Source: an uncultured Phycisphaerae bacterium (GTDB lineage: Bacteria; Planctomycetota; Phycisphaerae; JAAYCJ01). From it: a stretch of 64,000 nucleotides of DNA. Below, piece by piece: positions 10,914-19,596 of the stretch. A program made the position numbers and the translations under genes. The notes beneath the pieces were generated by a model. It was not told the origin of the DNA and did no database searches. It was given only the letters and a program-made list of their open reading frames with translations. Numbering within the stretch: the stretch's first letter is position 1; the number at the start of each line of letters is the position of its first letter. Where the stretch lies: positions 6,514 through 70,513 of the forward strand of contig CAZLZE010000004.1 in NCBI GenBank assembly GCA_964563935.1. The letters are read 5' to 3'.

Positions 10914-10941
10914 TTGACAAGTCAGTGGGTTTCATTAAAAT
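10914..10941 (+). promoter_or_regulatory. candidate sigma70 promoter for the HEAT-repeat gene
   Basis: TTGACA (10914-10919), 16-nt spacer, TAAAAT (10936-10941), about 100 nt upstream of the start codon at 11045. Preceded by inverted repeat CCGGCGGGA...TCCCGCCGG (10868-10905). Confidence 0.4.
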
Positions 10942-11044
10942 TTGGGCATCGGTTTACGGCAATTTATTTTGCAAATTGTAGTTACGTAAGATCGGTCCGG
11001 CAATCGGAACCCCGCCCGAACCTGAGTGACTCTTACGGAGAACA

Positions 11045-13294
11045 ATGGAGAAGATCATGAACCCCCGTTCGAGAACCTTACTGCTGATCCTGCTATCGAT
11101 CCTTGTCTTCGGCCCACTGACTTTCGCCCAGGTCGAGATCCAGAAAGAAGAGACGGAAAAAGACCTATGGACCGATGCCATGTATTATCTGAAGATCGGC
11201 CGGATGGAGTACGGTAAGGCATACCTGCAGGCCTACCTGGACCGCAAGGTTGACCCGGTCAAGACGCTGGAGTTCTCGGAACAGGACCCGCGTTCGGTGG
11301 AGATTCTGATCAAGCTGCAGACCGATCCGGCACTCGGGTCTCTGGCCCGGGCGGCACTGGACCAAATTGACAAAGGCTGGCAAATCCGACGGCGGGATAT
11401 TCCACGAATTCAAGGAGAAATCGATCGCCTGACGGGAACCCCTCGGGCCCAATTCCAGGCTACCGAACGATTAAAAGAAGCCGGTGAATACGCCGTTCCG
11501 GTCATGCTGGAATACCTGGCGGACGCGAATCGCCCAGCCATGCACGCCAAGATCATCGATGCCCTCGTGGCATTGGGACCCAGCGCCGTGGAACCCCTGG
11601 TGGCGGCGGTGACCGACCTTCCGGAACCCTCGAAACTCCTGGTCCTGCGGGCGATCGGCCGGCTGGACTACTCCCAATCGATCCCCTATCTGAAGGAAAT
11701 CATCGAAAATCGAACCGTCAATGCCACGGTCCGAGCCGCGGCGACCCGAGCTCTGGAGAGCATCCTCTCGCGAAATCCCAAGTACCGCACCGACGCCAAT
11801 GCAGCCAGGTCGTTCTACCAACTGGCTTTGCGGTACTATTACCGTGACAGCGCCGTGGCCCCCGCTATCGGCCTGGACAACACCAAGGCCGCCGGTCTGG
11901 CGAGCGACATCGCCGCCGATCAGCCGAATGTGTGGTTCTTCAGAGACGGAAAACTCATCCCGCAGCCGGTGCCCTGGGAAATCTACTACGAACTCATGAC
12001 GATGCGCCTTACCCGGCGGTCGCTCGGACTGGAAAGCACGGGCGGATATCGGGCGGCACTAACGCTCTGGCTGATGGCCAACTGCAAGCGCGAGTCGAAA
12101 CTCTCCGCCCAAGTGGTCGACCCGATCCACGCCAAAGATTTTCCGGACGCACAATACTTCTTCCGGTGCGCGGGCACGCGATACGGGCTTGAAGCCCTGG
12201 CCACCGCCCTCAAGGACGGCGACAACGTAATCGCGATCGCCGCACTCGAAGCCCTGCGTGAAGTAGCATCGGGGAACGATATTCTCGCGACGGCATGCGA
12301 ATCTCAGCCGATGGTCAATGCTCTGACGCATCGCAATCAGTTGGTGCAGACATACGCAGCCCTGGCCCTGGGATGGGCGGCGCCGGGCGACAAGTATCCC
12401 TCGATGGAGACGGTCGTTCCCCTGCTGGGACACGTGCTGATGGGTACGCAAAGCCCCATCGCCGTGCTGATCATCCCGGACGCCCCGAAGCGGACGGCGG
12501 CGGCTGCTCTGGCCAAGGGCATGGGGTATAACGTGAAAGAGGCGGGCGACTATGCGGCTGGCATGAAGACCCTGACGGAAAATCCCGCCGATGTTGAACT
12601 GATCGTTCTTGATTACAACCTGGCCACGCCCAGCGTGGATCAGGTGCTCAACCGGATTCGTGAAAACACGTTCCTCCGGCGTGTTCCGGTGCTTGTCGTG
12701 ACGAGCCAAGCCCAGATCTCGGACGCCGCTGCCGTCGTGGGACGCATGCCGGGCGTGTCGGTCGTTGCCGAAGGCGCCGCCGCCGATGTCCTGGCCAACC
12801 AGGTGGATTATCTGCGACGCCAGCTCGGACGCGTGGTCCTGGACAAGGAAATCGTCGCGAGAAATTCGCTGCTGGCGGCCGCCGCCCTGGAGCGTCTGGC
12901 TCGCCTGAAGCTTCCGCAGTATAACGTGGACGTGGCCGGCAAGAATCTCACCGAGACATTGAACAGTGCGGACTGGCCCCTCGCTGTCGTGGCGGGCAAG
13001 GTCCTGTCGCTGCTGCCGTCACCTGCCGCCCAGCGAACACTGGCCGATGCGGCCCTGGCGAGAAAAGACGTCGATCAGAAGATCTGCCTGCTCAACTTCC
13101 TCACCGACTCGGTGCGAAGCTACTGCAACAAACTGACGGCCCAGCAAGTGGCCCAGCTGCAGGACTTGGCCATCAAGGAAACCAACCCGGGCATCCGCCA
13201 CGCGACGGCCAATGTCCTGGGTGCTCTGAACCTGGAACCCCAGGTGGCCAAAAACGTGCTCCTCGCCCGCGACCCGTTCGGCGCAGCGAAGTAA
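11045..13294 (+). CDS. HEAT-repeat protein with an embedded receiver-like (REC) domain
   Basis: 749 aa. N-terminal signal-peptide-like segment. Multiple HEAT/PBS-lyase repeats ('AIGRLDYSQSIPYLKEII'). Residues ~480-600 resemble a CheY-like receiver ('ELIVLDYNL...VPVLVVTS'). Confidence 0.6.
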   Translation: MEKIMNPRSRTLLLILLSILVFGPLTFAQVEIQKEETEKDLWTDAMYYLKIGRMEYGKAYLQAYLDRKVDPVKTLEFSEQDPRSVEILIKLQTDPALGSLARAALDQIDKGWQIRRRDIPRIQGEIDRLTGTPRAQFQATERLKEAGEYAVPVMLEYLADANRPAMHAKIIDALVALGPSAVEPLVAAVTDLPEPSKLLVLRAIGRLDYSQSIPYLKEIIENRTVNATVRAAATRALESILSRNPKYRTDANAARSFYQLALRYYYRDSAVAPAIGLDNTKAAGLASDIAADQPNVWFFRDGKLIPQPVPWEIYYELMTMRLTRRSLGLESTGGYRAALTLWLMANCKRESKLSAQVVDPIHAKDFPDAQYFFRCAGTRYGLEALATALKDGDNVIAIAALEALREVASGNDILATACESQPMVNALTHRNQLVQTYAALALGWAAPGDKYPSMETVVPLLGHVLMGTQSPIAVLIIPDAPKRTAAAALAKGMGYNVKEAGDYAAGMKTLTENPADVELIVLDYNLATPSVDQVLNRIRENTFLRRVPVLVVTSQAQISDAAAVVGRMPGVSVVAEGAAADVLANQVDYLRRQLGRVVLDKEIVARNSLLAAAALERLARLKLPQYNVDVAGKNLTETLNSADWPLAVVAGKVLSLLPSPAAQRTLADAALARKDVDQKICLLNFLTDSVRSYCNKLTAQQVAQLQDLAIKETNPGIRHATANVLGALNLEPQVAKNVLLARDPFGAAK

Positions 13295-13310
13295 CAATAA
13301 GCATCCCAAG

Positions 13311-13346
13311 GGCGGCTGGTGAACATCAGCCGCCTTTTTTGTTTTT
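13311..13346 (+). terminator. rho-independent terminator after the HEAT-repeat gene
   Basis: Stem GGCGGCTG/CAGCCGCC followed by TTTTTTGTTTTT. Confidence 0.7.
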
Positions 13347-13367
13347 ACAGATATATCTGTGGGAATG

Positions 13368-13408
13368 TTGACTTTACCCCGGTCTTATGTATACTATCCA
13401 ATAGTATA
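13368..13408 (+). promoter_or_regulatory. promoter plus palindromic operator of the TA operon
   Basis: TTGACT (13368-13373), 16-nt spacer, TATACT (13390-13395). Perfect palindrome TATACTAT-CCA-ATAGTATA (13390-13408) overlaps the -10, about 20 nt upstream of the toxin ATG. Confidence 0.6.
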
Positions 13409-13427
13409 GCAACAAACAGGGTTCCTC

Positions 13428-13781
13428 ATGAAACGAACCTTCATCAACTCGGAGCTATTTACTCGGCAGACAACGGGGGTCCTGACAGAAGAGGCCCTTC
13501 GAATCGTCCAACTTGAGATTATGCAGGGCCAAGGAAAGACAATTCCAGGCACGAACGGTCTGCAGAAGATACGTTGTCGGGGCGATGGCAGAGGCAAACG
13601 CAGTGGATGGAGGATTGTATTTGCCGATTATCCCGCGTATGGGATAACGGTGCTGCTCGTCGGATTTCCAAAGAATGTGAAGGAGAATCTCTCGCCGGAG
13701 GAAACCAACGAGCTCAAGAGGATAAAGAAACAGATGGATTTGACAATGGAGATGAAATATGGGTCAAAGAAAGCAAAATGA
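13428..13781 (+). CDS. RelE/ParE-superfamily toxin (DUF1044 / HigB-2-like)
   Basis: 117 aa. 'GKRSGWRIVF...GITVLLVGFPKNVKENLSPEETNELKRIKK' matches the conserved core of DUF1044 toxins. The toxin lies upstream of an HTH antitoxin (HigBA order). Confidence 0.65.
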   Translation: MKRTFINSELFTRQTTGVLTEEALRIVQLEIMQGQGKTIPGTNGLQKIRCRGDGRGKRSGWRIVFADYPAYGITVLLVGFPKNVKENLSPEETNELKRIKKQMDLTMEMKYGSKKAK

Positions 13782-14151
13782 GTTCTTCGAGGGAATTCGA
13801 GACGGGATGTTAGGGGTTATCGATGCAATGGAGAAGGGACGACGCCTTCAACACCATGAAGTGGAAATCCCCGAGCCCAAACCGATGAGTTCTCGCGAAA
13901 TTGTTGACTTGCGGAAAAATTTGCTGAAGACCAGTCAACGGGTTTTCGCGGATCTGGTCAATGTCGCCCCTCAGACGGTTCAGGCGTGGGAGCAAGGCCG
14001 CAATCTCCCCACGGGTGCCGCCCTGCGATTGCTTCGTCTCACCCAGAACGATCCATCCATTTTGGCCAGGATTCTCGGTACCGGTGATCGTGGAAAATGG
14101 CGAAAATCCAGACCGCAAAGACGAAGGCCACGCCGAGCACTCGCAGGATAG
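13759..14151 (+). CDS. HTH (XRE/NadS-like) antitoxin
   Basis: 130 aa. 'VFADLVNVAPQTVQAWEQGRNLPTGAALRLLRL' is an HTH. Overlaps the toxin's 3' end by 23 nt. Confidence 0.6.
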   Translation: MGQRKQNEFFEGIRDGMLGVIDAMEKGRRLQHHEVEIPEPKPMSSREIVDLRKNLLKTSQRVFADLVNVAPQTVQAWEQGRNLPTGAALRLLRLTQNDPSILARILGTGDRGKWRKSRPQRRRPRRALAG

Positions 14152-14190
14152 GGAAATGATGAAAGGAATCTCTGATCAAGGAGAACCTCG

Positions 14191-14931
14191 ATGAGTGACT
14201 CGTGGGATACGTTATACCGTTGGAACTGGTTTGAACGATCGCGATGGCTTGGCTCATTCCGAGCCGTCAAACATAACTCGCCGCGGGCGTTGCAGAGGAT
14301 CCTGGCGGATAGGATTGATCCGGCCGTTCTGGATTGCTCATGCGGGTTTGGCCTCAAGACGATTGTGATGAAGGAACTGGGGATGCGCGTGTATGGCAGC
14401 GACGCCAGCAGCTTCGCCGTAGCCAAGGCACGGGAACTGGCGGATACCCAGGGGCTCAAGATCGAATACTTCACCGCCCGTTAGGACGACCTGCCCCAAC
14501 AGACGGATTTGCGGTTTGACGCTATCTTCAACGACGCCCTCTCGTGGATTACCTCTCACGAAGAATTCACAGCCTCCCTGGCTGGTTTCCGCGAAGCCCT
14601 GAAGCCGGGCGGGATTCTGGTATTCATGGGGGCGGAGAATGGCAACGATCATCCTAACGGCATCGAAGGCAGCCCGGGCGCGATAGTTCACGATAATGGT
14701 CCGCTCAAACCCGGCAAAGGGAAAACATCCCGCGAGAAACACATTACCGCGATACTTGTTGATCATATCCTTCAGGCCGGGAAGCTTCTTCTCCTTCCAC
14801 TCGTACGGCGGGACCTTTCGTTGTTCGAGGATTTCGAACCATTCATGCCAGGCGGATTCGGTCGCATTTCGGCAGGGAAGCTGATAGCTGAAAGCTATTT
14901 TTCCTTGACCCCCCGATATGTTGTGCTATAA
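14191..14931 (+). pseudogene. class I SAM-dependent methyltransferase, disrupted by an in-frame TAG and a degenerate 3' part
   Basis: Motif I 'VLDCSCGFG' and motif II/III 'FDAIFNDALSW...LKPGGILVF' lie in one frame interrupted by TAG at 14482-14484 ('EYFTAR*DDLP'). After ~14645 the plus-frame sequence is Gly/Pro-rich and GC3 drops. The tail contains a repeat/terminator hairpin. Confidence 0.5.
14884..14903 (+). terminator. small hairpin plus T-run (terminator-like) carrying the dispersed AGCTGATAGCT motif
   Basis: ATAGCT-GAA-AGCTAT followed by TTTTT, between the methyltransferase remnant and the nrdR promoter. Confidence 0.4.
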
Positions 14932-14932
14932 T
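14905..14932 (+). promoter_or_regulatory. nrdR promoter with extended -10
   Basis: TTGACC (14905-14910), 16-nt spacer, TGcTATAAT (14924-14932), about 48 nt upstream of the nrdR ATG. Confidence 0.55.
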
Positions 14933-14979
14933 CTTCGCCTAGTAGCACATGTCGTAGTGGTGGAAAGAATTGGTATGGT

Positions 14980-15483
14980 ATGCAGTGTCCTTTTTGCAAG
15001 ACCGAAGATTCGCGGGTTATCGACACGCGCGTGACGGACGGCGGAAGCACGGTTCGTCGGCGACGCGAATGTGTCAAGTGTACCAAGCGATTCACCACGT
15101 ACGAACGGCCGGAAACGTCGATCCGGTTGATGGTGATCAAGAAAGACGGGTCGCGGGTCCCCTATGAACGGGGCAAAATTCTGATGGGGCTTCAAAAGGC
15201 GTGCTACAAAAGACCGGTGAGCGAGGATCGCCTCGAGAAACTGGTGGATCGGATCGAAGAGAAGATCCTGGCCGGGTTCGATCGCGAGGTACCAAGCAAG
15301 TTCATCGGCGAACAGGCGGCGTTGGCATTGCGGGATGTGGACGAGATCGCCTATGTGCGATTCGCCAGCGTCTACCGGGAATTCCGGGATCTCGGCGAGT
15401 TCATCGAGGAAGCCAGGGGCATCATGAACGGGCAGACTCGCGAAGTTCCGGGCCAGACAAAGCTCTTTGAAGAAAACGAATAG
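14980..15483 (+). CDS. nrdR: transcriptional repressor NrdR (zinc ribbon + ATP-cone)
   Basis: 'MQCPFCKTEDSRVIDTR...CVKCTKRFTTYERPE' zinc ribbon followed by an ATP-cone, 167 aa. Confidence 0.9.
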   Translation: MQCPFCKTEDSRVIDTRVTDGGSTVRRRRECVKCTKRFTTYERPETSIRLMVIKKDGSRVPYERGKILMGLQKACYKRPVSEDRLEKLVDRIEEKILAGFDREVPSKFIGEQAALALRDVDEIAYVRFASVYREFRDLGEFIEEARGIMNGQTREVPGQTKLFEENE

Positions 15484-15488
15484 ACACG

Positions 15489-15575
15489 GCGGTTGAGCCA
15501 GACGGTATCAGCTTTGGAGAGGAAGAGCCATTTGGGAGAACGTTCTGCTCTAAAGCTGATAGCGGTTGGCTCAAG
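15489..15575 (+). repeat. long imperfect hairpin (21/23 bp stem) just after the nrdR stop, containing the AGCTGATAGC-type motif
   Basis: TTGAGCCAGACGGTATCAGCTTT...AAAGCTGATAGCGGTTGGCTCAA. The loop itself contains GAACGTTC and AGAGC/GCTCT sub-hairpins. Confidence 0.5.
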
Positions 15576-15915
15576 ACGGAGCGAAACCAAGACACCATCG
15601 CCAAACGACGGATCGGAAGTAGCCACGGCTGGATGGTGTCGCGACGGGAGCGAATCTTTGGTGGTTGGCATGACAGTCAACGCGAAAGGTTCGCTCCCTT
15701 TTTATGACAAGCGCACGCCATACCCCCTTCTACCGCAAGAGACTCCTCTAAAGTCCAATAGGTGTCGGCCCGATGATGTTCGATATAGATCGCCCGCAAC
15801 GCCAGTGTTCACGGTATTATGCATATGGCATTTCGACTGCCCGGCCGATAGAATATTGACATGGAATCGACCGCATGAGACGACACGGGTGATCCCACAG
15901 AGGATCTGCAGACGT

Positions 15916-16497
15916 ATGTCCGATACAATCGACGAAAACCAGTTCGCCATAGAAACCGTGCAGGACAATCCGAAGCTTGGACAGGTCCTCATCACACGGA
16001 CGCAGATCGCCCAGCGGGTGAAAGAACTGGCGGACGAAATCATGCGAACGTATGACCAGAACGAGCAGCCCGAGTTGCTGATCGTGGCGATCATGACCGG
16101 ATCGCTGATCTTCCTGGCCGACCTGGTCCGGGCCCTGCCGCTTCCCCTCCGAATCGCAATCATGGTTGTCAGCAACTATCCCGGAGCCACGACCCAGGCC
16201 AAGGGAGTCCAGATCAATTACGACCTAAAAGAAGATATCCGGGGTAAAAATGTGCTGGTGGTGGACGACATCCTGGATACAGGTCAAACCCTGTCGGCCG
16301 TAGTGGATGTAATCCGGCAGCGAGGCGCCGGCTCGGTCCGAACGTGCGTTCTTCTGGATAAACTCCTGGGAACCCCGAAGCAGTTGTCGCCCGATTTCGT
16401 CGGGTTCCAGATCCCGAACAAATTCGTGGTCGGTTACGGACTGGACTACGATAATCTATATCGCAACTATCCGCAAATCGCGGTATTGGAAGCATAA
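15916..16497 (+). CDS. hpt: hypoxanthine-guanine phosphoribosyltransferase
   Basis: PRPP-binding motif 'VLVVDDILDTGQTL', 193 aa starting from the internal ATG at 15916. The longer ORF upstream (from 15493) has no protein-like features. Confidence 0.8.
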   Translation: MSDTIDENQFAIETVQDNPKLGQVLITRTQIAQRVKELADEIMRTYDQNEQPELLIVAIMTGSLIFLADLVRALPLPLRIAIMVVSNYPGATTQAKGVQINYDLKEDIRGKNVLVVDDILDTGQTLSAVVDVIRQRGAGSVRTCVLLDKLLGTPKQLSPDFVGFQIPNKFVVGYGLDYDNLYRNYPQIAVLEA

Positions 16498-17132
16498 TGG
16501 CTGAAGAAACACTCCCCAAAAGGGAAGACAAAGTGGTTAGTGACCATTGCCGGATTCATCCCGAGCCCTTCCGGGTTGGGGCCGGTCAGGCAACGATCGC
16601 GGGATCGCTATCCGGCGTGGTTCCCGCGCATTTGGTGGAAGAGGGCGAACAGATTATCTTCGCGATCAAGCCGTCGATCTGGTTCATCGTCTTCTACTCC
16701 GCCAAGGTGGTCGTACTGGTGATGGCCATTCTTGTCGCCGTCCTGAACGCTCTGAAATATTTCCCCGACGCCTCCGGATGGCGGGCGTACGCCATACAGA
16801 TCGCGGCTGCGATCATTTTTCTGCAATTGGTCGTCGCGGTTCTCGAATGGGTGAGCCGGCTGTACGTCTTGACTGATCGGCGGGTGATTCGGATCAAAGG
16901 AGTCTTCAATATTGACGTTTTTGAGGCCCCCCTCGTCAAAATCCAGAACACGTATCTGACCTTCGCGCTGCACGAGCGCGTGGTGGCGATAGGTACGATC
17001 TTGTTCGCCACGGCGGGAACAGCGGGAATTGACGTGAGCTGGCAGAATATCAACCAACCTCTGGAAATCCATGAGCGTCTGCGGGCGGCGATTCGGGAAG
17101 CTCACCGCCGCTGGCCCAGCGGCTCGCCATAG
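16497..17132 (+). CDS. bacterial PH-domain (bPH_2/YdbS-like) membrane protein
   Basis: Two TM helices followed by 'LTDRRVIRIKGVFNIDVFEAPLVKIQNTYLTF'. Start codon overlaps the hpt stop (TAATG). Confidence 0.55.
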   Translation: MAEETLPKREDKVVSDHCRIHPEPFRVGAGQATIAGSLSGVVPAHLVEEGEQIIFAIKPSIWFIVFYSAKVVVLVMAILVAVLNALKYFPDASGWRAYAIQIAAAIIFLQLVVAVLEWVSRLYVLTDRRVIRIKGVFNIDVFEAPLVKIQNTYLTFALHERVVAIGTILFATAGTAGIDVSWQNINQPLEIHERLRAAIREAHRRWPSGSP

Positions 17133-17143
17133 CTCTGAAAAGA

Positions 17144-18049
17144 TTATTCGGGGGAAGAGATAGACGTCGCATCATCCCAGGACGCCTCCGCTTCCTCGGT
17201 ATTGGGATCCACGAAAATCGGGTAGTCAGCGCTGCGGGTTTCGGGGGCCACTCCAATCTTCAGGAGCTTCGGCGCGATGTAGTGTCGAACGAAGCTGTAG
17301 GTGGTTGCCGAGGTATGTCCCCCGTCGTTTCCAAGCTTCTCAAAACTGCTCCGCCACGGGATATTGATGACCTTCTCCTTGTACATTTCAATCGCGGCTC
17401 GAGTGGCCTTGGTGGGTGGATACAGACCCGCCAAGCCCGCCGGTTCGGTGAAGTATGCCCCGTCAATCGTCCCGGTTACCCGAACGAAACTCTTGAGGAT
17501 GGCATCGTGCGGCGAGTGGAGCACGTAGACCTTGTTCGTCACGTGCGATAGGCACCTGGTCATATCATACGTGGTCGACAGGCTGCTTCCCAGAAGCACA
17601 AGCGTATCGACCTGAAGTTCGGGTGGGAGATTCTCCACCGCCCAGACCCCAACGCCCGTACCGGCCGACAATCCAATGATGTAAACCGGCGTGTTAGGAT
17701 GCCGCTTGCGATAGTCGATAATCCGCTTGGTCAAACTTCGCGCCCGCAACCTCGCCTGTTCGCGGATAAGCTGGTCGCCCAAAGGACCGGTGTACGAGGT
17801 CCAGGAGAAATTCTCGATATCTCCTCGAAAACCCGCAGCCTTGAGGGCCTTGGGAACGGTTTCCTGCCCGAACCCCAGATTACCCGCGCCGTCCAGGTAG
17901 TAGACCTTTCCGTACCGCTCCCAGTAATTCGGGCGGTGTTCCTCGAAGGAGCTGGTGAATGCCTTGATAGGACGAGAGACGGTCCTGGCTACCCTGGAGC
18001 ATCCAGAGACGGCGAGGATCAACACCAACGCTAGCTTCATCCACTTCAT
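17144..18049 (-). CDS. alpha/beta-hydrolase-fold lipoprotein
   Basis: Lipoprotein signal 'LAVSGCS'. Nucleophile elbow 'GLSAGTG'. 301 aa. Confidence 0.5.
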   Translation of the reverse strand: MKWMKLALVLILAVSGCSRVARTVSRPIKAFTSSFEEHRPNYWERYGKVYYLDGAGNLGFGQETVPKALKAAGFRGDIENFSWTSYTGPLGDQLIREQARLRARSLTKRIIDYRKRHPNTPVYIIGLSAGTGVGVWAVENLPPELQVDTLVLLGSSLSTTYDMTRCLSHVTNKVYVLHSPHDAILKSFVRVTGTIDGAYFTEPAGLAGLYPPTKATRAAIEMYKEKVINIPWRSSFEKLGNDGGHTSATTYSFVRHYIAPKLLKIGVAPETRSADYPIFVDPNTEEAEASWDDATSISSPE

Positions 18050-18129
18050 ACATCAGCCCTTAAATTCAGAATACTGTATTATAAATATTGTCTTTCGCAA
18101 AGGAAAGCACGTATGGTATTTTATACCCC

Positions 18130-19140
18130 ATGGAGATCTCACGACTACACCGGATGCTGCATCTGATTACTCTGTTGCGATCAGGGCGACGATACAGCGC
18201 CGGCGAGTTGGCCAGGCAACTGGAGGTCTCCCGACGCACGATCTTCCGCGACCTGAACATTCTGACGGCCGCGGGCATCCCCTACTATTTCGACGAAGAG
18301 ACGGGATCCTACACGATCCACGAAACTTTTTTTCTTCCCGCTATCAACCTGACGGTCGACGAGGCGATGGCGCTGCTCCTGGCGACGCGGAAGATGATCG
18401 GAAAAGTACCGCTCCCGCTGTTCCAACAGGTTTCGAGAGCGGCTATTAAAGTGGAGTCCTCTCTGCCGTCCGTGATCCAGGATCACTGCGGACCGACGAT
18501 CAATCGAATGGATGTACGCTGGCCGCCCACGGCGGACGACGAGGCCCTGGATGAAAAATTCCGCATCCTTCGCCAGGCCGTCGAACGCCAGCGGAAAGTG
18601 CGAATCCGATACGAGTCGCTTTACGAAGCCAGGAACCTCAATCCAGTGGGCACGACAATCGACACGTCCGTCAGTCCCTATCGAATGGTCTTCATTCATC
18701 GCGCGTGGTATGTGATCGGATTCAGCAGCCTGCACAACCAGGTACGGACGTTCAAGATGGCACGGATCGCCTCAATCGAGATAACACAAGAGATGTATGC
18801 GGACCGGCCGGACTTCTCGCTCGAGGAGTATCTGGGCGATGCATGGGTTATGATTCCGGAAGGCAAGTCCCACAAGGTGGAACTGCTCTTTAGTCCAATG
18901 GTGTCTCGCAACGTGGCGGAGGTGCGGTGGCACCGGACGCAGAAGTGTGAATTCCTCGACGACGGTTCGCTGCGGTACGAGGTGACGGTGGATGGACTGA
19001 ACGAAATTTCCTGGTGGGTGCTTGGATACGGCGATAAGGTCCGGGTGATGAAACCCAAGGCCCTGGCGGATAAAATTAAGTCAATGGCGGAAAAGATGGT
19101 CCAGTTATATACTCGAGATGACAATGCGAGCACTGGTTGA
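18130..19140 (+). CDS. WYL-domain transcriptional regulator (HTH + WYL + WCX)
   Basis: N-terminal HTH ('LHLITLLRSGRRYSAGELARQLEVSRRTIFRDLNIL'). Central WYL-like region ('RMVFIHRAWYVIGF'). About 336 aa from the ATG at 18130. The listed ORF begins with TTG at 18088. Confidence 0.7.
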   Translation: MEISRLHRMLHLITLLRSGRRYSAGELARQLEVSRRTIFRDLNILTAAGIPYYFDEETGSYTIHETFFLPAINLTVDEAMALLLATRKMIGKVPLPLFQQVSRAAIKVESSLPSVIQDHCGPTINRMDVRWPPTADDEALDEKFRILRQAVERQRKVRIRYESLYEARNLNPVGTTIDTSVSPYRMVFIHRAWYVIGFSSLHNQVRTFKMARIASIEITQEMYADRPDFSLEEYLGDAWVMIPEGKSHKVELLFSPMVSRNVAEVRWHRTQKCEFLDDGSLRYEVTVDGLNEISWWVLGYGDKVRVMKPKALADKIKSMAEKMVQLYTRDDNASTG

Positions 19141-19573
19141 GCGGGTCCATGAGGCGACGGTCACGGTGGACGCCAAGCCCGTTGGCCAAATCGGGCCGGG
19201 GCTGCTGGTCTACCTGGGCGTGGAGAAAGGCGACACGGACGCCGACGTGGAATATATTGTCGACAAAGTACGGTATCTGCGGATCTTTGAAGACCAAGCG
19301 GAGAAGATGAACCTGGATGTGTCTCAGAAAGGCGGAGGCGTGCTGGTGATTTCCGCGTTCACGCTGCAGGCGGACGCACGAAAAGGCCGCCGACCCTCGT
19401 TCGATAACGCCGCAAGCCCGGAAATGGCCAACACCCTGTATCAGAAAGTGGTTCGCGGACTGACGGAGTCGGGACTGACCGTCCAGACAGGTCAATTCCA
19501 GGCCAAAATGACAGTGACGGCGGTGAACGACGGTCCGATCTGCGTCCCGCTGGACTCAAAACGGTTATTCTGA
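19124..19573 (+). CDS. dtd: D-aminoacyl-tRNA deacylase
   Basis: 'MRALVERV...GQIGPGLLVYLGVEKGD...KMNLDV...SAFTLQADARKGRRPSF...NDGP' matches Dtd along its length. Overlaps the WYL gene 3' end by 17 nt. Confidence 0.85.
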   Translation: MRALVERVHEATVTVDAKPVGQIGPGLLVYLGVEKGDTDADVEYIVDKVRYLRIFEDQAEKMNLDVSQKGGGVLVISAFTLQADARKGRRPSFDNAASPEMANTLYQKVVRGLTESGLTVQTGQFQAKMTVTAVNDGPICVPLDSKRLF

Positions 19574-19596
19574 GCAACGTTGGTTGAGGTTGGTGT

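Noticed and set aside
14338-14766. 142-aa minus-strand ORF overlapping the methyltransferase
   Set aside because: Its 3' two-thirds are antisense to clearly genuine methyltransferase motifs and read as junk. Only the 14650-14900 part has coding-like GC3. Treated as part of the pseudogene or rearrangement finding rather than as a gene.
15493-15915. N-terminal 141-residue extension of the hpt ORF
   Set aside because: It begins immediately after a long hairpin, has no homology-like features, and the canonical HGPRT sequence starts at the internal Met.
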